From Catajapyx aquilonaris (Eukaryota), in NCBI GenBank assembly GCA_000934665.2, contig KZ538708.1:1-52346 (forward strand): a stretch of DNA of 52,346 bases, in the 5' to 3' direction. A program made the position numbers and the translations under genes. Of this stretch, positions 24,733-37,571 are shown one piece after another; position 1 is the first letter of the stretch; the number at the start of each line of letters is the position of its first letter. Below the pieces are notes generated by a model that saw only the letters and a program-made list of their open reading frames with translations, did not search any database and had not been told where the DNA came from.

Positions 24733-27700
24733 TAGGCTGTTACTTATCAATGCTAGGTTGAGTAGATTCATTAATTATGACCTTATGACGCGATGGGACA
24801 ATACAACCATCAGCACTCGTCCAAGGTAAAGATTACGTAGGGAAAAAACCACCAAAAAGTTGATAGCTATATAGCGCCAGGTTGTCTGGCCGAAACTTTT
24901 TTGACAGCACAGTACTCTGTACATACGGTGTTTTTCAGAATTAAGCTCATATTCGAGTCAGTAAATATATAGCGGATGCTCATTTCCAGTCGCTGCACGC
25001 TGCCTCGCTTTATTCCTTTGAAGATTGGCAGTGAGATAAAAACACTGGAGAGCTTATTCAGTGGGATTTATGTTTGATTCCACTCCAAACTTGAATTTGA
25101 GTTGAAAGTCTGCAAAATTTCCAAAGATAAGAAAATATGCTCTCAATTTCGAAACATGCAGGTATATTGCATTACGTGAGTAACAATGCATGTATTGACC
25201 GTTTTTGTGTCGCTCATACCCCGTCATCATATGGCCAGGTCGAAATGTATGCATTAAATACAGTACCTTATATTATGTTGGTCACATGCACTTTGAGTAG
25301 ATCTCTTTTTTAAAAATTGACCGGATATATTGACTTTCACTGTATGTGAACTAACAAAGATCGTAATATCGACAGATGATAACTGCTGCAAATGATCAGT
25401 GTGTGTACGGCATGTAACAATATACTATAACAAACTACCAAGAAGCAATAATGAAAAACCATAATTTGATTATGGTAGTCTAACTGGAACTAATTATAAC
25501 TTAGAAGCAAGATGGAGAACACACCAATAGAGAGCCTTTTTTTACTTACGCTTGTTCCCACGTTGGTTTGCATATTCAAATATTGGTTCCAGACCAGTGC
25601 AGGCAACCTATAGTCTATGTATTGTTAACAACTAAAAGAAGAACGGCCTTACCTAACACTAACTACTAATCGTTTCATATTTGGAACTCCGAGCTGAAAG
25701 ATTATTGAGAAAATTGGGAAGGATTCATATTTACTCAAACTGTACATCATATTCATCACGAACTTTGCTGGGTTTAGCATCTTGAGAAGATAGATTTTAA
25801 ACAAAGTGCAAATAACTTCTCTATCTACATTGTTGCCAAACTATTTTTGGCCAAGAAATGGATTCTATAGGGGCAATGAATATATCGCTGTTAATTTTAG
25901 GTTGAATAGTAAACATCGTTTTAGGAAGCATACTTTTACGACGTGACCCACTTTGAACCATTTGCATTCTTGTTCGAAGGTCGCAATCCATTTTCCCCAG
26001 GTCAGGACTTGCGACCTACTGAAATATTAGAAAGTCACACATTCTGCCTTTACGCGTAACTGTTACAGAGTATACCCGACTAATAAAAATCAGTGGTAGT
26101 GACGAAATGTGATAACTAATACTCGCATATGATATTGAACAAATAAAGGGTAACCACTTTCTTCCAATACAGTTTATTATTGTCAAATAATCAAATGCGT
26201 TACATGGATGCCGTATATATATTTGCAGTGGTAAATCCTTGTAAACCTTCTTGCGTTAATATTAACAATTTAATGTGTGTGTTTAACAGTGTGTCATAAT
26301 ATGTAATGAACAACCTTAACAAATGAAATTAAGATGAATCTATAATTCATGCCGGGCAACAACACACCTTGACATGCAAGTCAGAAGAAGTACTATTATT
26401 CATGCAGGTTGATGGACACATCTCATCACAAACCATTTCCATCCCCTGTATATACCTCCTCAAAAATAAAATGAATTGTCATCAATTTGAAGTACTCCAG
26501 TGACAACACCTTTCAATACACTATATTCAAACAAACGCCGATACATCAGCAACGCATTACACCCTGTGCATTCTGAAGCCTAGTTTTTTTTTCTGTATCC
26601 TAGTACTTAAGGAAGCTGGCTTAAATGAAGAGGAGGATGTCAGAAGTGCTCGTCAGATTGGGGCAAGCTTCCAGCCACCCTCCTCTTCCACCACACAATC
26701 AGGGCTTGATTCGAAGCAAGCAGTGGCTCTTGAGGAAGCAATCTCTCTGCCTTCCTTCCAGAACTGTCTCCCTTTTACCACTTCGTCTCCGGGAATTTCT
26801 TGGGGGGACCGACGCTTCTCATATACCTTCCCCAACACACCTCCCACAACCCTTGCGTCATAATCGTTGTTCAAAAAATCCAGAAATCCATCTGCACTGC
26901 TAATGCTTTTCAAGTTGGCCTCTAATTCCTCCTCACTTGATTTCCCACGTGTCCTGGATTTAATCATAAATTATGAGCAATGTGTCCTTTTTGATTAGAT
27001 TGACAAGAAACGTCAGTGTGTCTGAAGAGATGAAGACGTAGTGGGGGGTGGGGGTGGGTGGAGGAGAGAGGGAGAGAGGGAGGTCGGAGGTTCGTCGTTG
27101 CCATTTCCGGAGACACCCCGGAAAAAGCGGGAGGCCCGGAAATAAACAGAAGGAGTTAAGGAAGGTCCAAAGAGGCTCTGGCGGCGTCTTCCAGACTGAG
27201 TCAGACGGAAGGAAAAGGCGGAGACCGAAGCTCCTGCTTTCCTATCCCGCCAATTTCCCGCGAAATGAGATGTGCTCGTCTTTCTAATCTGACGTCATCT
27301 GGAACAATTACCAGGAGACGCTTTTCTAACGCACTTTCGTCATCAGCAACACGGTTTCTAATATTAATCGAGTCAGACCTCGGCAGAACGTTATTCAGCA
27401 TTAAAAAAATGATACGTGTGCATAGTCTGAATTAAAATCATTGTGGGATGCATTACTTGGGATTGGATTAGCAGACCTATTGGTAAAATATGAATTATAA
27501 ATATGAATTATTGCACAAAGTCAGTGACTCTCCAATTTCCTTCTGGTAAGGTGATTCCTTGGTCTATTCTAGAAGCAAAAATGCCAATTTATTTGCATAT
27601 GGACAATTTTTCAACACTTTGTTAACAAATGCTGTTTATTAATTATTAATTAAATTAATTCCATTCAATTCAATACCCCGAACTTAAGCCATTGTATTCG

Positions 27701-30700
27701 GCCTATTTAGGGGGGTATATACATGCAATTCCAAACAAACTCTATGGAATCACTATTTTGTTTAGTATGGAACAGGCCAAGGAACCACACTACCTGCATA
27801 AAATTTGGTAGTTAGTGACCATCCTGAACAAGGGGCATCATAAAATTTTAAACTGGAATTTTAAAAAAATACAACGAGCCAAACAACCTAAATCTAGTAA
27901 TTTTCCGCATGACTTCCGAGGCCACCTCGGACACCCTCTACATATTTTGAAAGACTTGAGTGATTGCTGTATACGATATTACAATGTTTACAGCTGAATG
28001 GGCTGTCCCGAGGACGGCATCCCCCTGTGTTGCGTAATCGCTCCGGATAGAAAAGGAAAGTGCAATTCCTCACCATTTTTCTCAATATTTCACTTCTACC
28101 CATCTACCTTGTAAAGCACCGCTTAGACTTTGAAAGTCAACGAGCCCAAAATATTATTTTCCCCAAACTCGAGAAACGATCCTGTCAGCATTTTTTATCT
28201 GCCAACCCCCCACCCTCATTTCTTTGTGGTTATACGCGCACGGATATTTAACAATCAAAAGTTGGGAGGCCTTGTGAGCGGCAGCAAGCAAGTGAGCCAT
28301 GAAGGATGAAAGGTAGCTTATCCCGCACGTTAATAGAAGAAAGAACGCCTTCATCCTTTTATGCAAGTTTTGTCCCGGAATAGTGCGAAAAAAATGCCTG
28401 TTAAGTACCGCGATTATGTATCTATTAAGGCTTGCAAGTAGTCTGAAGTTAAATAGCCTTTTTTTTTTAAAAAAAAAAGAAAGACTGAAGGTGTCAGGTT
28501 GATGCTGTCACATTTTTTCTTCCTACTCTCTCTCTCTCTGCAGACCCTGGCTTTGAAACAAAACGCGTCATCCTTCGCGAGGGACGCTTAAGCCGTCGCT
28601 TCATGTCAAAGTAATTTCTGACACTTTAAGGACTCGAGTAATATTCTCAAGGAGGAAGTTAGACTCTGGGGCTGGTCCCTCCCTTACACCTCCCCCCCCC
28701 CCCCCCCCCTCGTGCCCGAAATATTCTCACCCGCAATCTCTGACGCGATTGAAGCGCCTCATAAATGAAGACGCGAGTCCATAAATTTATATGTCAAGTG
28801 ACTCGACGGGTACAGGCAAGCAGCTTTCTTTGTCTTTAGAAACACGCTTTATGTGCTCCGAGTCTGTTAACTCAACGACATGATAAAAAGTATATGGCCC
28901 CAGTGGCTCAAAACATGAAAATTAATCCCCTTCCAGCCTACTACATTCCTTGCACTTGGTAGGTATCATGGACAACTTTATCACGTAAATGCTGGTCTCA
29001 GGTAGGATAAAACAGGTCAGAGAAAAACCGGCTGCCATTCAACTCCTGCATGGGGTCTATGATCAAAGGAGCACCTGGACACTCGGACACACCAATCCAC
29101 TCCGAAAGTCTTTTCACTACAGGGCTACTTAGTATTCTACTGTACAGGTAAGAACATCTTTATAATCATGGCACAGGTGACTTCACACGGATAAGCATTA
29201 AAAACTACGTATATTCTTGAAGTATGCTGAAGATAAGTCGTGCTGCCAGAAGCTGTGAAACTCATATAGTTATTGGTATGTCTTATGTGAAGCGTCTAAT
29301 GTGGGAAATTACGTAATACAGTTTATTTACATGTTTCCAAAGAATAATTAGTATTTGAGGATAACTGGATATAGTTAGTCTATTAGCTTACTTTTCGAGA
29401 AAATATGCTTCATGTAATTGGTTTGTAGATATTGGTGCGTCAAAATAATGTGAGACATATGAAATAAATTTTCCCGTAAAAATCGATTGGATTAGGTCTA
29501 GAAGAGTTAATTCAAGGTACATCATGATTGTATACACTTATGCATCATAGCAGATTATTTGGGATTTATTTATTTGGTGAATTAGAGTATAATAGATTAT
29601 GACGAAACCAAAAACATGCTTGAAGGAGGTTGCAGTGATTGTGACCTGGTGTACTTTAATATGGGATTAAGATTTGTGCATAGTAATGCCAATATGAAAG
29701 TCATCTAGGGTCTAATCCAGAATTTTTTAAATAATAGGACTATAATATTTTATGCAATTTAAATATTAGACAAAATTGATTCTAAAGAACTACAAGTATG
29801 AAAATACGTCAATTGCAATAACAGCATAAAATAACATATTTTAACAAAATTCTAAAATTAGGCCACTCTAAAAGCCACGACAAAATTTATTCTTCATTTG
29901 ACATGACATGTCTAGTGATGTAAAAATAAGCCAAACGTGTCTTGGGTGTTATAAAAATTAGCCGGCTCCAGGGTTCTCCCCCCATAGATTGAGCGAGTTG
30001 TATAGCGCCACGATAAGTTTGGCAAAAACTTTTAAAAATAATTATTACTAGCACATAAGGATATAGGTTACCACGAACAATAGTACAGTCACAGTATATC
30101 AAGAATAAGTTATTAATTATAGGTCTATATATGAATAACATGGATGAACTCCTTGTTATGGATATGCCATCGATCGCTCAACCGGCCTTTGCAGTTATAC
30201 TGCTGACATACTGTATTTTAATACAAAGAATTAGGAAAAATAATAAATATCTTACATATGGTATCACTGGATATTTATCTTCATGCAGAATGTATGAGGG
30301 ACATGTGAAGGTTCATTTTACCCGAGTGTGAAGGGATTATTACTATCTATACTACTTATCCTACTATTCCTATACTTATAGCACAGATTTAGTAACAAAT
30401 ATGTAAAATATCTGTGAATGCAGTGATGTTGTCATACAATATTTCCAAGGTAAGTACAAAATATATGAAAGGTGAAACTATTAAATGAATCTGAATTTGC
30501 TGCATGTCATAACAGATCTTAACAATGGTAAGCATTTCCTTTCTGATGAGTAGTTTCATGCTAGTAAATTTCACAAGTTAATTTTACGAGTATCGGTTTA
30601 CATTTTTATTTTAATGATAACTGGTCTGAGCTGATTTTTTAATTTGCGAAAATGATCACTTTCATAAGTTGTGATAAGCAGGATAAAACAACACCACTTC

Positions 30701-31055
30701 TCGCTGTCCGTTGATTCGACAGACCATGTGATTCTGGTTTGTTGCATTAAAAAAACTAGGATAACTTTTACTGGACTTGGTGATTGGAATTAGTGTTCTC
30801 ATGCATGTAATATAAATGGCCCGTACATTGTCCTAAGTGCTTCGGAATTGGAAAGAATGGCATGTATTTCTAAGTTCGAAGACTTGAACATACTTGCTGG
30901 ATGATAAAAATTCTCATGGAGTGCTGTAACAATAATTGTGAAGTTCTCTTTAGTGGTTGTGACTCACGAATCACATAGATATCGCAAAGTAGAAAATTCC
31001 CTTCAGGCAACCTCTCTAGATGCTGGATCTGACCCGGACTGATTCTTTTGAAATA

Positions 31056-31478
31056 CGAGGGCGGATCAATAAGTAACGCTAATAATTTAATTTAGGCAAA
31101 AGTTTAATACATAGACAAACCTTAAGATATACAAAGCGACCTTCCACCCTTTGGCTATATTTCAACATATGAACCGTTTCTGTTGACACATTTGTCCCAC
31201 TATGGTACATAGTTAAAGATGCCATGATTTTTAGAGTTTTTTTTGCCATAAGGCCTTTTTTTACTGGGCGTCCCGGACAATGCTGATCGGTAACGTCTTC
31301 TCGGTCCTCAGAAAACAGCTTACACCATCTTGAAATGTTGCTATACGGTCCAGGCATGTGTTCCCATACACTTCTGTCATGGCCTTGTGAATTTGGGTGG
31401 GGGTTTTGCCTTGCGCTCACAAAAAAGCAGAGCAGCTTAATGCTCAATAAGGGTGGGCGATGCTAACACATTCGCCAT
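31056..31478 (-). pseudogene. Internally deleted, frameshifted mariner transposase with one TIR
   Basis: From the ATG at 31478, across frameshifts, the minus strand reads MANVLASPTLIEH*AALLF...PTQIHKAMTEVYGNTCLDR/SNISRWCKLFSEDREDVTDQHCPGRP (mariner HTH domain). It is joined to ...WDKCVNRNGSYVEI* (typical mariner C-terminus, stop at 31155-31157). A TIR-like TA|CGAGGGCGGATCAATAAGT starts at 31054. Confidence 0.85.
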
Positions 31479-31538
31479 ATTTGCTGGCTCGTTCTCTTTT
31501 GATGCACTTGAAGGCACCCTCATGCAGATGTGTACAGA

Positions 31539-31673
31539 CCGGACCATGGACCTGACCGTAAACTGAGCGACTTTTGTTTCTTTGCTCCCGTGAAAAAAGG
31601 CTTCATGGCAAAAGAACGGAGCTCTAAAAACATGGCATCTCTAACTGTGTACCACAGAGGGACAAATGCATCA
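31539..31673 (+). pseudogene. Second mariner transposase fragment in opposite orientation
   Basis: Reads PDHGPDRKLSDFCFFAPVKKG (compare the mariner PPYSPDLAPSDFHLF..LKK motif). 31590-31673 is a diverged inverted copy of about 31184-31265. Confidence 0.7.
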
Positions 31674-33469
31674 AATAGGTTCTAACCAGATGTATTGAGG
31701 AACTCTACAACTATATCAATACTTGTCTAATATGAAGTTTATGGAGAACAAAACATTGTAGTGCTGATGCCAGGATACGTCTGGCCGAAACTTTTTTGAG
31801 AGATAGCATTTGAACCACTCGAGGTTACCCGAAGAGCATTGGCATTAATATTTCCAGTAAAAGACAAATTTTTTACAACAAATGTGTAACAAATTCATCA
31901 TCATGTTGTTTCGCATGTTATAGTATAAGATAATTATGTACGTAAATGCATTTGCAGGAATATGTGGGAATATGTATCTGTCCATGAAATATGTGATACA
32001 CAGTGTTTGCAATATTGGAAAAGTTTTAATTAATTTGGAGGCCTTTTCATGTGGAAACCTTTTCTTTGCTCCAAATAATACTTTCTGAATGCTATACTCA
32101 TGCGTACTGGATGTTTCAACTCAGGCACTGTCCAATTAATATAACACAAAATGATGCTTGTGATGTGCAATAATAGTGGAAGTTACACAAATGATAATAA
32201 TGTACTATATAGCTCAAAAACATGAGACGATTTTGCATCTGACTCAAGTGCAGCCTTCACGTGAATCAAATGCAAAATCGTCTCATGTTTTTGAACGATA
32301 TTATAGTACATCAAAGGCAGGTTTTAATTTTCATATCAAACAGTCATATCTGAGGTTGAATGTGGAGTCTTACTCAAGTGCAAAAAAAAATTATCTCTGC
32401 ATTCAGCATATATTAGGCTTCATATTTTACCAAGAAAAATGCCAAATGGGATGCTGTACAGGTGTGGTTTCTGAATTTTTTTAATATGGTTGATAACATT
32501 TTGCATGCAGATTGGTGCTTGATATCACAACTTCAAGGAATGGGCAGGAAATTTCCTGATCACCTTGTGTACAGGGCACAGATGTTGCGGAGGGCTCAAG
32601 TTCGTTCATATTAATTTTTACGGTAGAGTGCTCCTGCCTTTATTAGTATATTGTTGGAAAGTGATTATTTAAAATGAATCGCGTCATAATTATTAGAAGA
32701 AGGGCATGCAAGTTGAATTACTGTATCAACAAAAATTCTGTAATAATAATAAAACCGTATGCTACGGAGTAAATGAAGGATTTTAAAATTAATAATTTGC
32801 CATATTATTATGTTGTGAAATGGAGTTTTAGGCAGTACTAGTTCCGTTAACCACAGGGTTTTTCTTTCTTTCTCAGAGATAGGTGAATGCTGCACCTTTC
32901 CTCATTAGTCAGGTTCCACTACATCGGACAAAAATACACGATGGTAAATTATATAATATTATCAGCAATCATTAAAATAATAGTTAATGGGTGCTGTTAT
33001 TGTTCGTTAAAATTAACTTAACTCTAATTGCCGTTAAAGCTCAGTGCGATATTAAAATACCATGCCAAACTTCCTTAAAGCAAGAGGAAAATCATTTGAA
33101 TGTAGCTGTTAATATACAGTAAATAAAGAGTTGGTTACACTATAACTGCCTACCTAATTTCTCGCATGAGTGACTTGTATGAACTTGACATGTACGTAAA
33201 GCGGGTCATACCGTGTGATTAAGACTTGATATTAACAAAGCTAAACCTGGCAACACATTCATATTCGTTTCCATGCAAGTTTTCTGCCAGAAAATATATG
33301 TACCTAATCCTAAACCACTTTATTTCAAATTAATTACAATCAAGTTAATTGCTGCTTATCTAAATTTGTGTTTGTGTTGGAATACTGGGAGGAGTAACTT
33401 TCCACATGAAAGTAGCAATTACCAATGGGTATTAATTTTATAGCTTTTTTCCAGATTTTTGGAACAAAC

Positions 33470-33651
33470 TACAGTATACTGTATACGGTATCAAAAAAGT
33501 TTTGGCCACACATTTCCTGAAAATATGCAACTATAAGCAATCCGTTGTTCCCTCTTCCCCAGAGACTTAATATAGGGCCAGTGCTGGTGTTTGTATATCG
33601 CGCCAGGATACGTCTGTTCCGAATTTTTGATTGGTAGATAATTACAGTCTG
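33470..33651. mobile_element. Old degenerate fold-back element of a small dispersed family
   Basis: tcaaaaaagttttggccacacatttcctg (33491-) is an inverted, diverged match to gccaggatacgtctgttccgaattttttga (33602-33630). The same motif recurs at about 24876-24904 and 31768-31799. Confidence 0.45.
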
Positions 33652-36600
33652 TACCAAACAAGTCATAAAATATTTCTATAAAGACACGAGGTTTTGCCAG
33701 CTCAAAATACAGAGAAATGGAACAGACATAGGCAATTATGTGGCTTGGGTTTTCAGGCTATTTCTGCACGGGTCATATTCTGAAGACTAAGCCCGATTTG
33801 GATGACGTCTTGCAATGCGATTCAAGTGACAGGTGTTGGCTGGTCCGACAGTACATGAAGTGAAGTTGATTAGTCTAAAGGAAATTTGGTTCCTTTTCCC
33901 CCCCTCAAGTCTCCTCCCCTTTTCCATTTCCACGTGCCATCCTTCCACTCTCTTCATTAAGACCAGGTCGAGAAAATCCAGTTACTGGGATGGAAGCAGC
34001 AGAATCCCACGGTACTACCCACCCACCCACCCACCCACCCACCTAGGCAGCATATACCTGTTCCAGCAGCCAACCCTACCACTACCGCCACCAGGCAGGC
34101 AGCATGGGTAAGGAAACCACCGCCTTCTTAGCAAGCTAGGTAGCTAGCTCTTCCTGGGCTGGCAAGGCTGGCAAGCAAGCAAAGCTGTGCCTGTGGTAAT
34201 CGATGTCAATTCAATCATGGTAACCGCGTGCAATTGTTCACGGGGGCGAAGGCCCCTCCCCTTTCGGGCCGCCTCTTCTTGCAAGAGGGTTCCTCCTCCC
34301 GGTTCCCGGGCGTCCAATGATGAAGAGCTTGGTGATTAGCAAGCCTCCACCTTGACAGCCTCAGACGATGCCAACAAAACAAACGAACCGCACTCCGCTC
34401 GGTCACCTGCCACAGCGCAGGCGTCACCCCTCCTTGGCGCCATCACCATCGCCCAGATACATACACACAGAAGTTGTCAGCATCGGCGCCAGTATGCATG
34501 TATACAATTCCTTCATATTATAAAAGAGTGACAGCTCTTTCTGATCATCGCAAACCCATATTTTTCAGAGGGGGGTTATAGCAGGCGGTTTAGGTGTGAA
34601 GATAGCCACCCTTCTACCATCCTAGGAGCCCTCTTCCAAACAATGCTTTCTATGCAAAAGAAGCCATCTTGGTTGCGGCGATTACCACATGTAAAACCCG
34701 GCGGTAACTGCTGGAGCAGAAAACATTGCGACCCTGTTAGGAAGGCCTGGAGTGCCTGTTTGGGAAATTTAGGTGGCGGCTGGCGGAGAGGGCCTGGGGA
34801 AAATTTGGCGATCCAGATAACGAGGGGCGTTCTTCAGCAGGGAAGCGGATCGCAAAACGACCTGCCACTGCCGCCAACCCTACCCTCCTACACACACACC
34901 GTCAAAAAAAAAAAAAAATCAGACATTTTCTTGGAGACCACACCCACACCACGACAGGGATGTCCAACACCTGCCATCGCGCATACATAATAATCAAGAT
35001 CCAGCCACCGTTTAAATCCCCGTTAAACGCTGATTAAAGTCGTCAAACCGCAGTGAAATTGCAACGCGATTAGCCCCAATGGCTGCCGTGCAATTCACTT
35101 AAGGCCTGTGATGAAAGGAGGGAGGTATAGTTAGAAAGGAGGGGGCGTAGGGTGCGAGAAGCTGGAGGGGGTGGGGGGTGGTAATACTTGTGTTGGGAAG
35201 AGAAGGGGGCGGGAACGGGGGCATCCGGAGCGAGAAAAATACCAACCTGCTCTAAACAGTCAGATCCGTGTCGCTGGCAATTACTTAATCCCATTTCGGG
35301 CACTCTAGCAAGTTATTCTACAAATCCCTTCCCCGGTGTGGCTAATTTAGCAGGCTAATTTATTCTTAAATGCGAGGAAAATTCAATGAATGTCGGTGCT
35401 CCTCAATGAAAATTTGCAACGGTTGGTGGTTGTTGAGGTTCTTTTGGCCCTGTTGAAAGCAGCGTTTAACATCAAATTCTAGTGAAAATCTATTGAACTG
35501 TGTATCGGATATTTACAAGATGTGGTGAGTGTGTGTGCATGTTATATTGTTGTATTTGAAAGTATTACAGCCACCTGACATACACCTATGTAGGGTGGAT
35601 TGCAGCACTTCAGGATACTCTGAATGCCTCTGAAGTGTACTGTTAGGACATGTATTTACTACAGTAGAAACAATATCAACCTTGTGATGACTCTCTTGAT
35701 GATTTTGTTTGCGCAAGTGGTCGGCAGCCCCTGCAAATACCTTCTGGACAAAGCCAGATTGATATCCAATATCTGGAGCTTGCACTCCACTAACTCACGA
35801 GACACGAGCGCAAAACTGGTTGCAAATGACTAGGACATTTCTCCCCGACTGGAGGTCTTGTATGGCGTGACCTTCCAATGGGCTGGCAGAAGAGCCCAAG
35901 CCTTCCTCCCCAAGTGCAGCTGTAGAGCCTCTATAAAGCCAGGCTCATAAGTAATCTTATTACAAACGACGGTTAAAGGGCCGTTAACATTAAATCCTAA
36001 CAGGCACCTGCGCCTGTAATCTCGTCGCTTCGTTCCTTTAGTGCGCCTTCGTCGAAAGGCGTGGAGGCGGGGGGGTTAAAAAAAAGAAAAAAAAGCGCGA
36101 GAATTTTAAGACACTGCTGCGGGGAAAGATAAGACGATGGCTGGGAGAAGTGGAGGGTGTGTGTTGGACAACCCTGAATTTTGCTTCCTTGGGCAATCGA
36201 GTTCGGATGGCTGGAAATGGCAATAGGGATGCTGAGGAGGAGTTCAAGTGTCACGGATGACCTGGCCATTTGGTTTTAAGGGGGCTGAAAATGGAGGGTG
36301 GTTTGGGAGGGAGATGTGCCCTTTTCGTCTTGCTAGGCTGGATAAGGGATGGAGGGTATATAGGGTAGAGTGCTTGTAAAGTCGGGCTGGCAAGGACCAA
36401 TGGCCCTACCAGCCCTAATTACATTCAATTAACCCCGGGGCCAAATCTTGGCGGGGCTCATCTCCCGGAAACATTTCGGTAAGCGTTGGAGGAGCAGACT
36501 TTTGGCCCATACATTCCCCTAGAGCCTGGCCTGTAGCATGCTTTCTGGCGCAAAAGCTGCCCATGCGGATCATTTCGGGGGTTGCTCAACTTTACCTCAC

Positions 36601-37545
36601 TTGCCCAACACCCGAGTTTGCTTTTCACTCCCAACGAATTGCCTTTGAAGGAACTCGCTTGTCACAAAAATGTCACTCCATCAGGTCAGGCTCACCACGA
36701 TATTGCGCACACTGCTAGCCATTAAGGCTGTGTGTCATATTTGTCGCTTTGGTATATTTGAACAGATAGATTCGACCCGAGGTAGGATTGTAATCGAAAC
36801 CAAAACGGGCCACGTCCTGACAGGTATGCAACCCACAAGTCTCCTCCCTCCCATAAATATCCCCATCCTTGCTAAAGACTTATGGGCGGTGATTTGCCAC
36901 GTCACAACCAAAACCTCCCTAACAAACAATAACCGTTGACGGGTCGCATTTCTCTCTGTACCCTGCACAGGTTTTGGCCACTAAACTCTATCAAGTTTTG
37001 ATTTGTGCAATATGGCCCTCCCCATTCCTCCCCCCCGGCCATTTACCCCCATGATAATTAGTACACTTGTAGGCTAAAGGATTCGGCTAAAACCATGGCT
37101 CGGAATGAGATTTAGTGCCGTCGGTTTGCATCAGGCGTGGGATGGTAAGGGAAGCCATCGTCTTTTGGTGGCCACGGCTGGGGTACGCCATCATGGCCGC
37201 CAAGCATTTCATTTCTCCCCAAGCTTGTTTACCACAGATCGGGGCCAAAGAGGGGATGATTTATGATAGCCCCTCCACCCCCCCCTCACCCACCCATACC
37301 TCCCTCTCCTCCCCCCACACTGAAAGCTTCTTCCCAAGTCGGAACATAAATTAATGTGACTCCAGAACGACAAACATTTGGAAGGGTTGGGAGATGGGAT
37401 TGGGATTTGGAAACCGCAACTTTTGCCCCTCGTGAGGGCGGTGGGCTGGGGGGGGGGGGAGGGATATTTGCGAGAGCAACGGATGATTTCAAAATGGCCG
37501 CCTGCTAGAGGAAATTTTGGGGAACCGGGTGCTGGCTGGCTGGCG

Positions 37546-37571
37546 NNNNNNNNNNNNNNNNNNNNNNNNNN
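37546..37571. other. Assembly gap (26 N) abutting a poly-G run
   Basis: Run of n followed by 19 G; a single n also occurs at 37994. Confidence 0.99.
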
